Assembly (NCBI GenBank): GCA_965112735.1
Contig: OZ218954.1
Location: 1,302,001-1,366,000, forward strand
Direction: 5' to 3'
From: Phaeosaccion multiseriatum
Lineage: Eukaryota; Protista; Ochrophyta, other classes
DNA: 64,000 nucleotides
Within the stretch, counting starts at the first letter, position 1. Every line of letters begins with the position of its first letter. The notes below the pieces were generated by a model. The model saw only the letters and a list, made by a program, of their open reading frames with translations, was not told the origin of the DNA and did not search any database. A program made the translations under genes and the position numbers. Below are positions 45,023 to 59,307 of this stretch, piece by piece.

Positions 45023-46713
45023 CCTGCTGCTGTATCACCACCTGCTGGTGGTAGGCAATGCCTTCCTGTGGGGAGTGTGCAGCATGTGCGGTTGCTGCTG
45101 CTGTCGTGTTGGAGGTGAGGTTCGTTGGGCTCGCCAACAACTCCAAACTCCCCCAGCTCAAAGCACTGTCCCTCGACCCCGGAGGAAGACCACCACCGTT
45201 GCCACTCAACGGGCTACCCCCACCGAACCCTCCCCCCCTGGGGCTGTGACTCAGGTGGCTGCAACCCCCCTCTCCGATATAGAATCCTCCGCCTCCAGTC
45301 ACCGCCGCTGCCGCTGGGGAAGCTCGAGGGGAGGACGAGGACGAGAAGGTGGAGGTGGAGTTGGAGGTGGTGGTGGATCTCCCTGCTGCTCGACCCAATG
45401 GTGACGTTGGATGTTCCGCGAGAGAGGGCAAGACTGGGGACCCTAAGCCCGCCGGACACCTACCGCCATCGCCACCGCTTCGTCTTTGGTTTTGCTGCTG
45501 CTGTCCCTGCTGGTGTATCACCAACTGTTGCTGCGGCCCGCTGTTGCTGCTGCTGCTGCTGCTGCTCCTGCTCCTGCTGCTCTCTGGGTGGACATTGCCT
45601 AAGCACACGCTGGACGAGCCGGACTCCTTGCTGGAGGTCGAGCAGGAGGAGGAGGAGGAGCGTCGGAGGAAGCGCTTGCGGGGGCTTCCGCACATCGCCG
45701 AGAGAGTCGAGTGGGTGGGCTCCTTCTGAGGGGGTGTGGGGGGGTGAGGGAGAGGGGAAAGGCACGACGGGAGGTAGGGATGAGGATGAGATGGTGGACA
45801 ACAAGAGGAGGAAGAGTTGGGGGGAGGGGCGACAGAAGCACAGAGACGGTATCTCCACGCTCTTCCTCACTTTCGTCCGCACTTTGCCGACCCCGGCAGC
45901 TCGACTCCTGGCTGCTGAAGCACCAACAGCTGAAGCACCAACTGCTGAAGCACCAACTGCTGAAGCACCAACTGCTGAAGGTGCTGAAGCGCCTTGTCCT
46001 GCCGCTGTCTGACACTTCTGACCCTTCTGACCCTTCTGACCCTTCTGACCCTTCTGGGCCTTCTGAGCAGCGGCCGCCGCCATCTCCTGACGCATGAAGA
46101 AGCCTGGGGCGACGCCTCCCAGATCGTTCCCGTCGGCGTCTCGGAAGTGAAGCTGGTGGGGTGAGGCAGAGGCAGAGGCAGAGGCAGTAGTTGGTGATAC
46201 AGGGGAGGGAGGGGCAGAGAGGCAGGGGAAGGGGCGGTGCATGTGTGAGATGAGTCAAGAGGGACAGAGGAATGTCAGTGGAAGTACAGGAGGACTCAAG
46301 ACCACAGGGGATGTGGGACAGAGCGCACCAAACAAGTGGAGTCGATCGAGTCTTTTGCATCCGCTGCCATCCTCCCTCCGTCCCTCCCTCCGTCCCTCCC
46401 TCTGTACTCTCTCTCTTCTCCTCTGCGCCTCACCATGCCGTTCTTGAAACCTCCTGCCTTGGAAGATGAGGCCTTCTCGCCTCCCGCCGCGCCGTTCCCC
46501 ACCGCTGCCCCCCCCCCCCGCTCCTCCTCCCTCTCCCTCCACCTCTCGGCCCTCTGCCCTCGCCTTGGCTCTCTTCTTCTCCTCCATCTCCTTCCTCTTC
46601 TCTCTGCGCAGCTCGTGGCTTGCCTCTATTTTGCGTCGGTGCATGGCCTGAAGGTGTAACCAACTTCCTTCTCGAATCATTACGCGGACCCTAGGGCAGG
46701 GTTGGAGGGCACG

Positions 46714-46759
<46 letters not shown>

Positions 46760-47752
46760 CAGTCGATCAAAGGAGAAGGGAACGGGTGGGGAGGGAGAGG
46801 AGGAGGCATTAGATGAAGGCAAAAAGAGATAAATGTGAACGATTGCGGAAGAGAAGGGAGATTCTTGGGCTTTGCCCGCCTTCTTCCGCTTCTGTTCGAC
46901 TCCCTCACGCACACGCACTCCCTCACAACTCATTCACTCCCTCCCTCACAACTCACTCACTCACTCACTCACTCACTCACTTACTCACTCACTTACTCAC
47001 TCACTCACTCACTCACTCACTCACTCACTCACTCACTCACTCACTCACTCACACACTCACTCACTCACTCACTCACTCACTCACTCTCTCACTACTCACT
47101 CACTCACTCACTCACTCACCAACTCACTCACTCACTCACTCACTCACTCACTCACTCACCCGCCGCACAAGGGGCACGCTGTGTCCTTGCAGCAGTGGTA
47201 ATGGCTCAGCACACAGCGAGACGAAAAGCAGTGCGGATATGGGCACACAGCCACGGCGGCGATGTGAGAAGGGATGGCAGTGGAGGGGCTGCTGCTGCTG
47301 CTGCTGCTACTATTGCTGGCGCTGCTCTTCTTGGAGTCCCCGGGGTTGGAGTCCCGGGGGGCTTTGCCGGACTCCGATTCCCCGTGGGGTGGAGGAGGAC
47401 TGCCCACGCCGGTCTTGTACTTGCAAGTGGCCATGTGCCGCAGTAGACTGAAGGAAGGATGGATAGATGAGAGCGGTACAGCCCAAGAGAAAAGAGCGGG
47501 GTGGGGTGAGAGGGGCATAGGGCAAAAGCCGGACACACCCACGCCGCATGCATCTGCCCCCCCCCCCCCCCCCCAACACACACACACATGCACACACGCA
47601 CGCACCCGCGCACTTGCTCGCAATTGGGGTAGTCTGTGCACTCGGAGCCCAAACAGGGGCACTTGAAGGCGTGCAGCAGCAGGAGGAGGCGGCCCTGCAG
47701 CAGATGCACCGCGTGGTTCAGGCGAGGGCGTAATCCTCCCTCTCCCCCCCCC

Positions 47753-47800
<48 letters not shown>

Positions 47801-47961
47801 AGTCGTTGTTGCTGTTGCTGCTGCGGTGGCTGTCCCTGCTGGTGGTAGGTGTGGTATGTAAACATCAGACGGTGACAAGCAAGGGACGAGGCGAGATGAC
47901 ATATCAGAGACACAGAGTGGAGAGAAAGTGGGAGAGAAAAGAGTGGGACAGAGAGAAGAGA

Positions 47962-48001
<40 letters not shown>

Positions 48002-50392
48002 GATGGCGAGAGCAAAGAGAGACGGAGGACAGCCGCGACTCTCCCCCCCCAACAACCTGTCCCCTCCTCCCCCTTCCCGTCTCTGCCCCCCCATTACCTT
48101 ATCGAAGCGTCTGGGTGTTGAGCTCATGGCCCCCTTCGACAGTCCTCCCGTATCCCCCCCGAGGCCTTCTCCAGGGGGCGCAGCCTCCCCCAAGGAGCCC
48201 GCTCCGGCTCCCTCTCCTCCCCCTCCTCCTCCTCCTGCTGCTGCTCCTCCTCCTCCTCCTCCTCCTCCTCCTCCTCCTCCTCCTCCTCCTCCTCTTCCTC
48301 TTCCTCCTCCTCCTCCTCCTCCTCCTCCTCCTCCTCCTCCTCCTCCTCCTTTTCCTCCTCGGCCCTCCTCAGCAGCCCCGCCTGCAGCCCCTCCGCCCAC
48401 CGGGGCTGTCCGTCGTCGGAGCCGTGGTAGAACGCTGCAGGACGACCCGTTGCCACCTTGGGCCGCCCCTCGTCGCACCCCCTCCCTTCTCGACTCGTTC
48501 TTCGCCATCAGCTGCCTTATGTGTCCGTGGTCGTTGTCTGCTTCCACCCCCCCTCGTGCTCCATCATCGACGTCTGCCGCATATCCCGGGCGTGAAGCCT
48601 CCGGCTTGTTGTTGGTTTTGGGTTTAGCGTTGGTGTTGGTGCTGCTGTTGTTGTTGTTGGTGGCGGTGGTGGTGGTGGTGGTGGTGGCGGAGGTGCTGTT
48701 GTCGCCGTTGCTGCTCTTGTTGCTGCCGTCGTCGTTTTTGTCGTTGCCGTTGTTGTTATTCTTTGCGACGATGTCCTCCTCCTCCAGCTTGACCTGCGCA
48801 ACCCCCCCTTCGTCCAAGCCCCCCTCTTCTCTGCGCTTCTCCATACCCTCCGATGCCCGCCTCACTGACTTGCTGTCTCCGTCTCTTCCTTCTTTGCGCT
48901 CCTCCTCCGTCTCCGCTTTCACCTCCGCTGCCTTGCTGTCACCATCGCCGTTGTCACGGTCGATGACTTCACCACCGCTCACACTCTCCAACTTCTCACC
49001 TTTTCTCCTCGTCCTACATTTGTCCTCCTCTTGCTCCATCGTCACTGCCTCTGCCGCTGCTGCACCACCAACTCTTGCTGCTGCTGGTGCTGTCCCTGCT
49101 ACCGCTGCTGCTCCAGCTGCTACCTCTGCCGCTGCGTCTCCGCCTCCAGCCCGGTCGCTTATCGGAGCCTCTGTGTCAATCCGCCGGCTCGGAGACCCCC
49201 GTCCTGTCCTCTCTGCGCTGATGACGACGTTCTCCTTGTCACCACAGGGCCGCTTCTTGTGGGGTTCCGCATCGGGGTCATTGTCATGGTCTTTCAAGCT
49301 CTTCGCCAGCTTTAGCTTCTCAGTGCGGAGGAGAGGGATGGCGCTAGCCTTACGCTTCTTCGAGAGCGTCTGTTGTTGCTGCTGCTGTATCACCAACTGC
49401 CGCGCCTTATCCTGCTCAGTGGCCATTGCTTGAGCGATGGCCTTGGCTCGAGCAAGGCGGGAGGCAGTAAGGGTGCAGAGCAGGTGGGCGGCAAGACAAG
49501 CAGCAGGTAGGTGCAGCAGCGGGTAAGGGCCAGCAGGCAAAGGAGGAGGGCGCCAGAATTCTTATTCCTCCCACAAGAAAATCCCTTCTTGTCTTCCGGC
49601 CCTGTGCAAAAAGCACCCTTTGGGATAAGAGCTCCATGGATAGCTGCATGGACAGCCCCCGCATGGTGTAATAAGGTAGGGCAGGCCTTTTGCTTGCCTC
49701 GAGTGGGTGGGTGAGTGGAAGTGCTGCCTCTCGCTCTCTCTCTCTCACCTCGACTTTGTCCGCCTCTTGGAGGTCCTGGAGCGATCCATGGCGCTTGAGG
49801 GTGCCTAGTAGAAGGGCATGTTTTGCTATGCTCGCGCTAAGACACGAGGTGGAGGCACTGCGGAGATATTCATCCCTGCAGGCAGGTCGGAAGAGGGCGG
49901 GGGAAGGGAGAACGGAGGCAGGAGGAAGTGGGAGGGAGAGGGACAGGGCGAGGAAGGAGGAGAAGCCAAGTAAGTGCACAAGAAGGCAGAGAGGGGCTTC
50001 ATGGTTCTTGCAACTACACGATTCCTCCTACCTGCTGCTGGCCAAATCGTGCAAGGAGCCTTCCAGTTGGGTGCTGAGATGCTGCACGCGTCCCTGGGAC
50101 CATGAGGGCTGCCTCGTCCGCACACTAGCCACACTGAGCGAGTGATAAAGAGGGCAGTGATCAGTCAAGGGGGTGGGGGTTAAGACTTGGGGGATGGGTC
50201 CAGCGGGAACATGCCTCAAGAGCCTCAGAACTTGTTCCACGCTCGGGCCAGCGGTAGGAGCAGAACGCAGCGAAGCACAAACACAATATTCAGATCCAGA
50301 GCACAATGGTCCGGAAGATAATCCACTCACATGCCAGCGTGGACCCGCCTCCGAGTGGACTCATCCACCTCAATCACGCTGCTTCGTTTCAT
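43824..50392 (-). CDS. KIX-like + TAZ zinc-finger protein with long low-complexity regions
   Basis: Spliced N-terminus MKRSSVIEVDESTRRRVHAGIVASVRTRQPSWSQGRVQHLSTQLEGSLHDLASSRDEY (KIX-like). TAZ: RLLLLLHAFKC..C..YPNC / LLRHMATC..CPYPHCFSSRCVLSHYHCCKDTACPLCG (~47700-47160). The 3' exons are less certain. Confidence 0.7.
45913..45980. repeat. 15-bp coding tandem repeat GAAGCACCAACTGCT (SAVGA on the minus strand)
   Basis: About 4 copies, next to 9-bp TTCTGACCC repeats at ~46015-46065. Confidence 0.85.
46915..47158. repeat. (CACT)n/(GTGA)n tetranucleotide tract starting at an intron donor
   Basis: One example of many: 8272-8325, 18044-18255, 21957-22085, 44415-44530. Confidence 0.9.
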
Positions 50393-50688
50393 TCCTCCCC
50401 GTCCATCTTCAACTTGGATAAAACCGGCTCGCACGTTGAAGAAACTTCACATCCAGTCTGCCAACTTCCCTCTCGAATCAGAGTATCCCCGCCCCCCCCC
50501 GCCAGCACCTCTCTCCTTCAAGGAGGGCTCAACTTTGAAACTTGATTGCTTGGACGGAGGAGGGGCAAAAGCAAACAGCAAGGGAGCATCTGTGAAGTGT
50601 TCTTGATCACCAACATGCACCCTTCGATCGTTGTTGTCGAAGGCGATCCGAAGGCTTTTATGTATTCGTCTTTTCCAGCTTTTCCCTC

Positions 50689-51534
50689 ATGTGGTCGCTC
50701 TCCGATGATGGAGAGACATCGCGACTCGTGAACGCCACTCTCCACATCAAACACAACGCTCTGTATCAAAAGGTGGGTGTGCACAATAACCTGGGTGGGG
50801 GGAAGGAAGGGAGGCGCTTGCTCTTGCCACCCTTTCGCAAAGCGGCTCCCGGAACAGCAGACATGAGGTTTGGGAGTCAGTACAGTAGACGGCACGGCGC
50901 ATTTTCGACATCCGTGTTCACTTTCGTCTTGTGTGTTTCTACGTCTCGGTGGTGCCACAGGGTCGGCGTCGCTCCTCCTCGGCCGCTACGCCTGACGTTC
51001 CTCAAGACTTTCGAGTTCTGGAGGAGGATATTCGAAGGCGAGAGGAGGCACTGCTAGACGAGTGGGAAGAGGAGGGAGAGGATGGCGAGGGAAGGGACAC
51101 CTGCTGGAGAAGGAGGGAGAGGGGGGGAGGGGATGCTTCGCGTATGACGGGCGACATTTCCCTTCTCCCCAGCAGCAGCTCCACATGGGATGCCATCTGC
51201 GTGGGAGACGAGGAGGAGCCGCCTCCCCGGGTCGTTGACGTGGCCGCCTTTGCGGAGCTGCTGCTGCAGGCCATGGTGGATAGCCAATTGGAGGCCTGCG
51301 GCAGCCTCCACGACGGTACGTAACTTTTTCGCGGTAAACCAGTTTGTAAAGAAATTATACGTAGGCGGGAGAGTGATAAAGCTATAGAAGAATAGACTCA
51401 TGAGTGAACTATACTAAGCTAAGGCCTGAAGCTATTTGCGTCCCGAAGGGAGAGGAAGAAGTGATGGTAGGAGAGGAGAGGTTCAGCGGCCGAGGAGGTG
51501 GAGGTCGGTAGGGGTTGTGGAGGGGTAAGGGATA

Positions 51535-51571
<37 letters not shown>

Positions 51572-54500
51572 GAGGGAGAGGGTGGGGTGCAGGGTGTATA
51601 AAGGGGTGTGGTGGCTGGTCAAGAACAAGTATTGGAGCACAAACAAGGCGGAGGTCAAGCCGTTGGGGCAGGCGTCTTGAAGGGCAGTATGCCATCTAAG
51701 AATCGTAGATGAGGATTGTCACGTGGAACCGTACACCACTTTCTTCCTTTTCTCTCCACCCCGTCTGGAGATCCGACTGCATGCATGCAAACTGACGTTT
51801 TCCCCGTCCATGGCCCACGCTCATCACCACCCCCACCTTTCCCACTCTTCTTCCCCCCCCCCTTCTCTCCCTCCCCTACCCCGCCTTTCGAATGGATTGG
51901 AATCGTTCGATGACGTTAATGCACCCCCCCCCCCCCCTCACCCTCGTTAGGAATGGAGTTCTGGCAACGCCGTCTCCTGCGTCGAGCCCCGGGTTTCCGT
52001 GCCTGGATGGAAGACGGGCCGTGGCTGTGGTTCGGGTGGCGGGGCAGGGAGCGTCGCAGCCCCTCACAAGTGTTGGAGTCGTGCCGAGAGCGTTACGACT
52101 GTCTGGAGCTCCTGCTCAGAGGCACAGTGTTAGGCATTGGGAAGCTGCAGACTCAGGTTGGCGTGAGCAGAGGCCGGGCGCATGGGTCCATGGAGTGGAA
52201 TTCTGATGCCAACACATAGCTGTTGAGCTCCTCTATATAGTTTCCGTTTATACCCTTGCGGTCGCTCTCTCTCTCTCCTGTCTCTCCCTCTGCCCTTTCT
52301 CTCTCCCTGCTCGCTCTTTTCCCTTTCTCTCTCTCCTTGCTCCTTCCCTCTCTCTCTCACCTGCTCTCTCACCTCACACTCTTCCCATATGCCTCCTCTA
52401 TCTCTCTACCTTATCCCGATGGCAGCTCACGGGCCTCAAGGGCGCATACATGGACGGGACTCTACCGGAGTGGATATCCTCCTCTGCTCACCTTCTGGAC
52501 GCTCTCCTCAGCGAGAGCGAGCGGCTGCACCTGGAGGCAAGGCTCACCAGCAGCAGCAGAGTGGGTGGCAGCATCGTGGTGGGGAGAAGGAGCAGTGGAA
52601 GCATCATCATCAGTGAGGCCCGCCGGGGAAGCCTCGTCCTGCAGGAGAAAGGAAGGGGGGGCGGAGGAGGGAGCGGTCGTTTACTGCTGCGACGGGCACA
52701 AAGTGGTGGTGGTAGTGGTGGTGGTGGTGGTGGTGGTGGTGGAGGAGGAGGAGGAGGAGGGGAAGGGGAAGGGGAAGGAGGAGGAGCGCCCAAGCGGTGG
52801 CGTTTGCCTCGCGCTCTGACTGGCATTGTCGCCTTCCTCTGGCCCGGTCCCGGACCTCTCCTGATGAGACCTGCAGGGAAAAGGTCGGGGAGAAGTAGCA
52901 CGGCAGAAGAGCATCAGCGGCAGCAGCAGCAGCAGCAGGAGGAGGAGGAGGAGGAGGAGGAGGAGGAGGAGAAGCAGCAACAGGGGGATGAGGGGCAGCA
53001 GGCGGGGGGCGCGGAGGACGGAGTCGGAGCAGAGGCGGCGTGGAAGATGAGAAGCAGCAGCAGTCCAAAGAAGCCCTTATGGCCCAAGATGAGAAGCAGC
53101 AGCAGTCCAAATAAGCCCTTATGGCCCAAGACCGCCGCCGCCTCGGCATCATCATCTTCTCCTTCTCCGCAGCGCACGTCCGTGTCCTTTGATGTAGGGG
53201 CAGGGGCAGGAAGGCGTCGGGAGCACTCGGGCTCGGACGATGGCAGTGAACAACAACAACAACAAGAAGAAGGAGGAGGAGGAGGAGGAGAAGAAGAAGA
53301 AGAAGAAGACAAAGGCCTGAGCCCAATCCGGGGTACGGGCACCTTCCCCATTAGTGACTTACAAAGGGGCAGGAGGGCCTTGCTCGATGTGACTCCTCGC
53401 TGTGTGCAGCTGCTCAGAGACTGCTCCAGTAAGCGTGGGGGAGGCTTTCTAGGCACGCTCGGTGATGCTTGTCCTCCTTCCTTCCTCCGGCGCTCCTGGC
53501 TGACCATTGTCGTCTCTCTGCCTCTCGGGGTTTGGGTGGGTCGACGGGCCTGGCTACGGCAAGACCTGCTGAAGGGGACATTACGCAGGCTGTATGCAGG
53601 TTTCTGCTCCTTCACGCACGAGCACTTGACCGAGCCTGCGGTTGCGGTGTACAGAGAGCTGACCAACACCCGTCAGAGCATCTCGGATGAAGCAGGATTG
53701 AAGGACACAACGGATAGCTTAAGGCGTATGCTGGCAGACTTCCTCAAGGATGTGCACCCCAGCATGGGCCAGGCGCAGAGGGAAAAGGTGGGCAAGGGTG
53801 TTGGGGTGTGGTTGTGGTGTGGTGTATGATGCTAGCAGGTGGATGGGTAGGAGAGGGGATGAGTAGATGGATTGGTAGATGGATGGATGGATAAATGGAT
53901 AGATACATCCCCTCACTCTTTCTAACCCGTGCCCCACTCACTCCTCTCTTCCTCTTCCTCCTCCTCCTCCTCTCCTCCACCTCCTCCTCCCCCTCCTTCT
54001 CCTCCTCCTCCTCCTCCTCCTCCTCCTCCTCCTCCTCCTCCTCCTCCTCCTCCTCCTCCTCCTCCTCCTCCTCCTCCTCCTCCTCCTCCTCCTCTTCTCC
54101 TCCTCCTCCTCCCCCCCTCCTCCTCCTCCTCTCCTTCTCCTCCTCCTCTTCCTCCTTCTCCTTCTCCTCCTCCTCCTCCTCCTCCTCCTCCTCCTCCTCC
54201 CTCCTCTTCTCCTCCTACCCAACCCCCCCAGGTTCTCACTACGCTGGACATGAAGGTCGTGTCCGCAGCCTATGAGAAGAGCATCATCAACGCACTCAAG
54301 GGAGTCATGTCTGGCGACATTGTGCGCATGTTGCTCATTCAGATGCAGTACCTCAAGAAGGAGCTGCTACAAACCATGAGCGTCATTGATGTGAGTGATG
54401 AGATGAGAGAGTGATGAGAGAGGCGATGGCAGTGTATGGCATGAGAGAGTGATGAGGGAGGGGGGATGGCAGTGTATGGCATGAGAGAGTGATGAGAGAG

Positions 54501-56485
54501 AGGCGATGGCAGTGTATGGCATGAGAGAGTGATGAGGGAGGGGGGATGGCAGGTATGGTATGAGAGAGTGATGAGAGAGGCGATGGCAGTGTTTGGCATG
54601 AGAGAGTGATGAGAGAGGTGATGGCAGTGTATGGCATGAGAGAGTGATGAGAGAGGCGATGGCAGTGTTTGGCATGAAAGAGTGATGAGAGAGGTGATGG
54701 CAGTGTTTGGCATGAGAGAGTGATGAGGGAGGTGATGGCGGTGTATGGCATGAGAGAGTGATGAGAGAGGCGATGGCAGTGTATGGCATGAGAGAGTGAT
54801 GAGAGAGGTGATGGCAGTGTATGGCAGTGTTCCATGCGCAGGCCGTGCAGTACTGTGCTATATCACCAACTGTTGTGGTGTGCTGTGCTTTGCTTGAGGC
54901 GACTCTCCCTCGCCTGGCTCGAGCTTCTAGACGATTGAACATTGTATTATGCAGATGTCTTGCTGCTTGCGTGCCTGCTTGTGCTTCCTTACTTTTGCCC
55001 ACGTGGCAAGATGGAGAACCAACCGCGCTACCGCCCCCCCCCCTTCTTTTCTGTGACCCTTGTGTGACCACCTCCCACCCCGCTCAGGACTTGATGGATG
55101 AGAACGAATTCAACCTTCGGTGAGCGGCAGGGGAGGACATAATTACGCATACGGGGAGCATATCTGCATACCGAGGCATGCGCAGGCATATGGGCGAGGG
55201 TGTCTGAACGCAACCTCCACTTCAGCTGGAACTGAACCTTTTCTCTTTCCTTTTCGTCGTACGTCTGTGTTTCTCTCTCTGTGTGTATCTCTGCCTCCCC
55301 CCCCCCCCCTCCTCTCTTCCCCTCTCTCTCTTCCCTTGTGTCCCTCTCTCCCCCTCCTTTCCTTCCTCCCTTCCATCCCCACCACCCTCCCTCCCCCTCT
55401 CCCCCACACCTATCTACTGAACCACCGAAAAGCCTCATGGCCACAGTCCCGGCGTTCATCCTGGGATGGATGGGCTATCAGGGCCTCAGTCCTCTATACT
55501 ACAGCGTCAAAGGAGAGAAGAACCGCCAAGCAAGTTTCAGAGCCATGAGAATCATCGTCAACGCCATGGAGAGGCTACTCAACCTCCGCAATAGCCCGAT
55601 TGAATATCAAACACGCCCCCCACACCCGTCTGAGTGGCCCACAGTGGCTCTTGCGGCGGCTCCGGTAGGTGATGTGGGGGCGAGAGAGGCGGTGACGAGG
55701 GCGGCGAGGGGAGATCAAGAGGAGCAAGTGGAAGACGACAGCGCCTTGGTTGCTGGAGCAGAAGGAGGAGGAGGAGGAGGAGGAGTGGGAGAGAGAGGGA
55801 GAGACCAGCGAGAGGACGAGGAGAGAGGAGAATGGCAGGGAAGAGGTGGGTCGATAATGAGGAGCAAAGCGGTTTTCTCCTCCCTCTCCCCCCGGCGGCA
55901 GAACCAGCAGCACCAGCAGCAGCAGCGCCAGGGGCAGGCACAGGGGCAGGCGCAGGGTCAGCAGTTGGTGGTACAGCAGGACCAACAGCTCAAGGTACTA
56001 GACGCCTTGGACCTGGGCAAGTTGCTGCTGCTCATCTACCAGTTCAGGCGGCTCGCGTATCAGTACCGAAGGAGGCTGCGGCGGGGAGAGCTGCAGACGC
56101 TGTTGGAGGACTGTGCGGAACTGTCGGGGGCGAGGGGCGTCGGTGCGTAACCGTCGGGGTAGGGGAGAGAGTATGTGTGCGTGTGTGCGTGTGTGTGTGA
56201 GAGAGAGAGTGTGATGGAGAGGGAGAGAGAGAGTGTGTGTGCGTGAGTGTGTGTGAGAGAGAGAGTGAGATGGAGAGGGAGAGAGGAGGGGTGGCGGGGC
56301 GCTGACTCTTCTGTCTTCCGCCCCCTCTTTACTCTCCTAGCGTCTCTTATTCCTTCCTTCCTTCCTTCCTTCCTTCCTCCCTCCCTCCCTTTCTTCCTTC
56401 GTTCCTCCCTCCAGTGACGGTGGCTCAGCAGCAGTCGATTGTCCAGCGAATGGGGCGATCCTACGGTTTCCTGCGCCTCAAGTGA
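50689..56485 (+). CDS. NCA2: NCA2/DGS1-family protein (nuclear control of ATPase)
   Basis: EHLTEP, SLRRMLADF, YEKSI..GDIVRMLLIQMQYLKKEL, DLMDENEFNLRLMATVPA and DLGKLLL motifs typical of the NCA2 domain. Stop TGA at 56483-56485; the start is uncertain. Confidence 0.8.
54400..54830. repeat. Intronic minisatellite, ~39-41 bp unit GAGAGAGTGATGAGAGAGGCGATGGCAGTGTATGGCAT
   Basis: About 11 tandem copies in an NCA2 intron. Confidence 0.9.
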
Positions 56486-56670
56486 CGGGCACTAGCGCCA
56501 TCATATCGCCACGACATGTCGACATACATCAGCAGCACATCAGCAGCACACCAGCAGCAGCCTGCCAGTGCGATGCATAATGAAACAGAATACATGCTGG
56601 CTCTCTAAATCCATCAAGTTACCCCCACCTCCATCTCAAGTGAGCTACGATCCATGGGTGCTACCCTTCC

Positions 56671-59231
56671 CTAGACAGCTCGTCCTGCTGATGGCGTCGA
56701 ATCTGGCGGGCCGTCTTTCCGGGCATCAACCGAGGCCTTGTGAACCTCGTCCTGATGCGGGTGCTGAAGCAACACTACTTGTTTGGAGCGTTGTGGCCTG
56801 GAGAAGTGGTGTGGGTGGTACACGCTGGCCGCGTTACTGAGTCTCGCCATCAGCGAAGTCGTGCTGCAGCTGGGTGACAAGAGGGGTCGTGCTGGCTGGG
56901 AGAAGGTTTCGAGGCGAAGGAGGCGTGTGCCCCCTGCTACAGCAAGCAGGACTCACTCACTCGCTGGCTCGCTTCCTCACTCCCTCACTCACTCTTCTCC
57001 CCTCGGCCAAAATCGCTGCACCCTTCCTGTGCTGCTCTCACGAACTGCTGGTTGTATCACTGACATCACCGACAAACCAACTGCCGTACCACCAACTGGT
57101 CTAGCATATCAACTGATATTCAATAGCCGCTTGCTACCTACGTCATGTGACCCTTGGTGTATGGGCGCATCGTGAAGGTAACGAGCGCCCAATGCCCCAA
57201 ACGAAGAATGCCTACCGCCACCAGCACTGCGCCGAAGTTTCCCCACGCGTCCTGGTCCTCGTCTTGGCCGAAAATCTTTTGCACAGTAAGTCAACAAGAC
57301 CGCAAGTCAGCAGGCGCCGTTGTGTTACGAGGTTGAATACAGGGAAGGAGGGAGGGAGGGATGGAGGGGGGTAGGGAGGGAGGGACGGAGGGAGGGAAGG
57401 AGGGAGGGAGGGAGGGAGGGACGGAGGAAGGGAAGGAGGGAGGGAGGTGGGCAGGTGAGTGTGCGCGCGTGCGTGCGTCTTGGGAAGAATGAGCAAGAGG
57501 AACACGAGGTGTGCTTTCGAGAGGAGAGCATGATACGCAAACACAAACACACAAACGCACACACACACACACACACCCCTACCTCAGTGCGAAGGAAGTC
57601 TCCATCCGCCCCGCCGAAGTCCTTCTCGTGCAGAAGGATGTAAAGCATTCCGTTGAGGGCGTATCGGGTGGGCACAAGGTAGGACAGCCATCGAATGGCA
57701 GGCAGCATGTCGGAGGTTTGGACGAAGAAGCCCGGCACCAGAAATAGCATACCCAGCACCACCTAGGAGTGGATGGCGGTGGATGGCGGTGGATGGCAGT
57801 GGATGGCAGTGGATGGCAGTTGATGCAGTGGGTGACAGTGGACGGATGGGATGGTGGTGGATGGGGTGGGATGGTGGTGGATGGCAGTGGATGGCAGTGG
57901 ATGGAATGGGGACATGGGGATATGGAGAAGGGGAAGGGATGAGTAGTAGGAAGGGGAGAGGAGGAGGGAGGAGAAAGAAGAGAAGGGGAGGGGAGGAGGA
58001 GCAGAAAGAAGAGAAGCGGAGGGGAGGAGGAGCAGAAAGAACAGAAGGGGAGGGGAGGAGGAGCAGAAAGAAGAGAAGGGGAGGGGAGGAGGAGGAGGAG
58101 CAGAAAGAAGAGAAGGGGAGGGGAGAAGGAGCAGAAAGAAGAGAAAGGGAGGGGAGGGGAGGAGGAGCAGAAAGAAGAGAAGGGGAGGGGAGGGGAGGAG
58201 GAGCAGAAAGAAGAGAGGGGGAGGGGAGCGGCTCCGTCTGTGCGCCTCAGGACAAAAGAGTGAAGAGTGAAGAGTGAAGAGTGAAGAGTGAAGGGGGGCA
58301 GAAGCAGCGTGAGACGGCTCCTGCCCTTCTTACCATCGACAAAGTCGTCGCGATGAGCTCATTCTGTGTATGGGGAGGGAGGGAAGGCGGGAGGGAGGGA
58401 GGGAGGGAGGGAGGGAGGGAGGGAGAGAGGGAGGGAGGCAGGGAGGGAGGGAGGGAGGGAGGGAGGGAGGGAGGGAGAGAGGGAGGGAGGGAGAGAGAGT
58501 TCGGTTCAGGAAATGAGGGAGCACGCGGGGTAGGCCCGTTGGACTCGTGCGGTAGGCATGCCCTTGCGCGAGAGACGTGTCTCCGCCCACCCCTCCTCCC
58601 TCTCCTCCTCCTCACCTTGGTAGCCTCGACAACCAGCAGCATGATCGCTTCCATCACAAGCAAGAGTTCCTTTGTGATCAAGGAGGATGATTGATGCACG
58701 CCCATCCGTCGTCCCAGTGAAGGATCAAGGCCGAGCAACAACGGCAGAGACCGGAAGAAAGGGACAGCAGAGAGCACAGACGAAAAGCGACATTAGAAAT
58801 GTACACGGGTGGTTAAGCGCTCCTACCTCCCCCTCCCTCCCTCCCTCCCTCCCTCCCTCCCTCCCCGTCTCTCTATCACCAACGCCCTCACGTACCATGG
58901 TCATGAACACAAAAAAGATGAACTGCTCGAAGTCGTCACCAAAGCCCACGAGCCAAAAGAAGATGCCTGGGGCAGGAAGGACAAGAATACTCGTAAGGTA
59001 GGCAAGGTTTGCACACAGGACTCCGCTAACTTGGGACATACATGTAGCGCTGATGCACACACTCGCACATACACATGTTTAGTTCAGGCGCACGCACAAA
59101 CGCACGCACCCACGCCCCCACAACCGCCCCCACACACGCACGCACCCACACCCGCACCCGCTCACGCACACGCACACGCACACGCACACGCACACACACA
59201 CAAACACACACACGCACGCACACAAACACAA

Positions 59232-59307
<76 letters not shown>

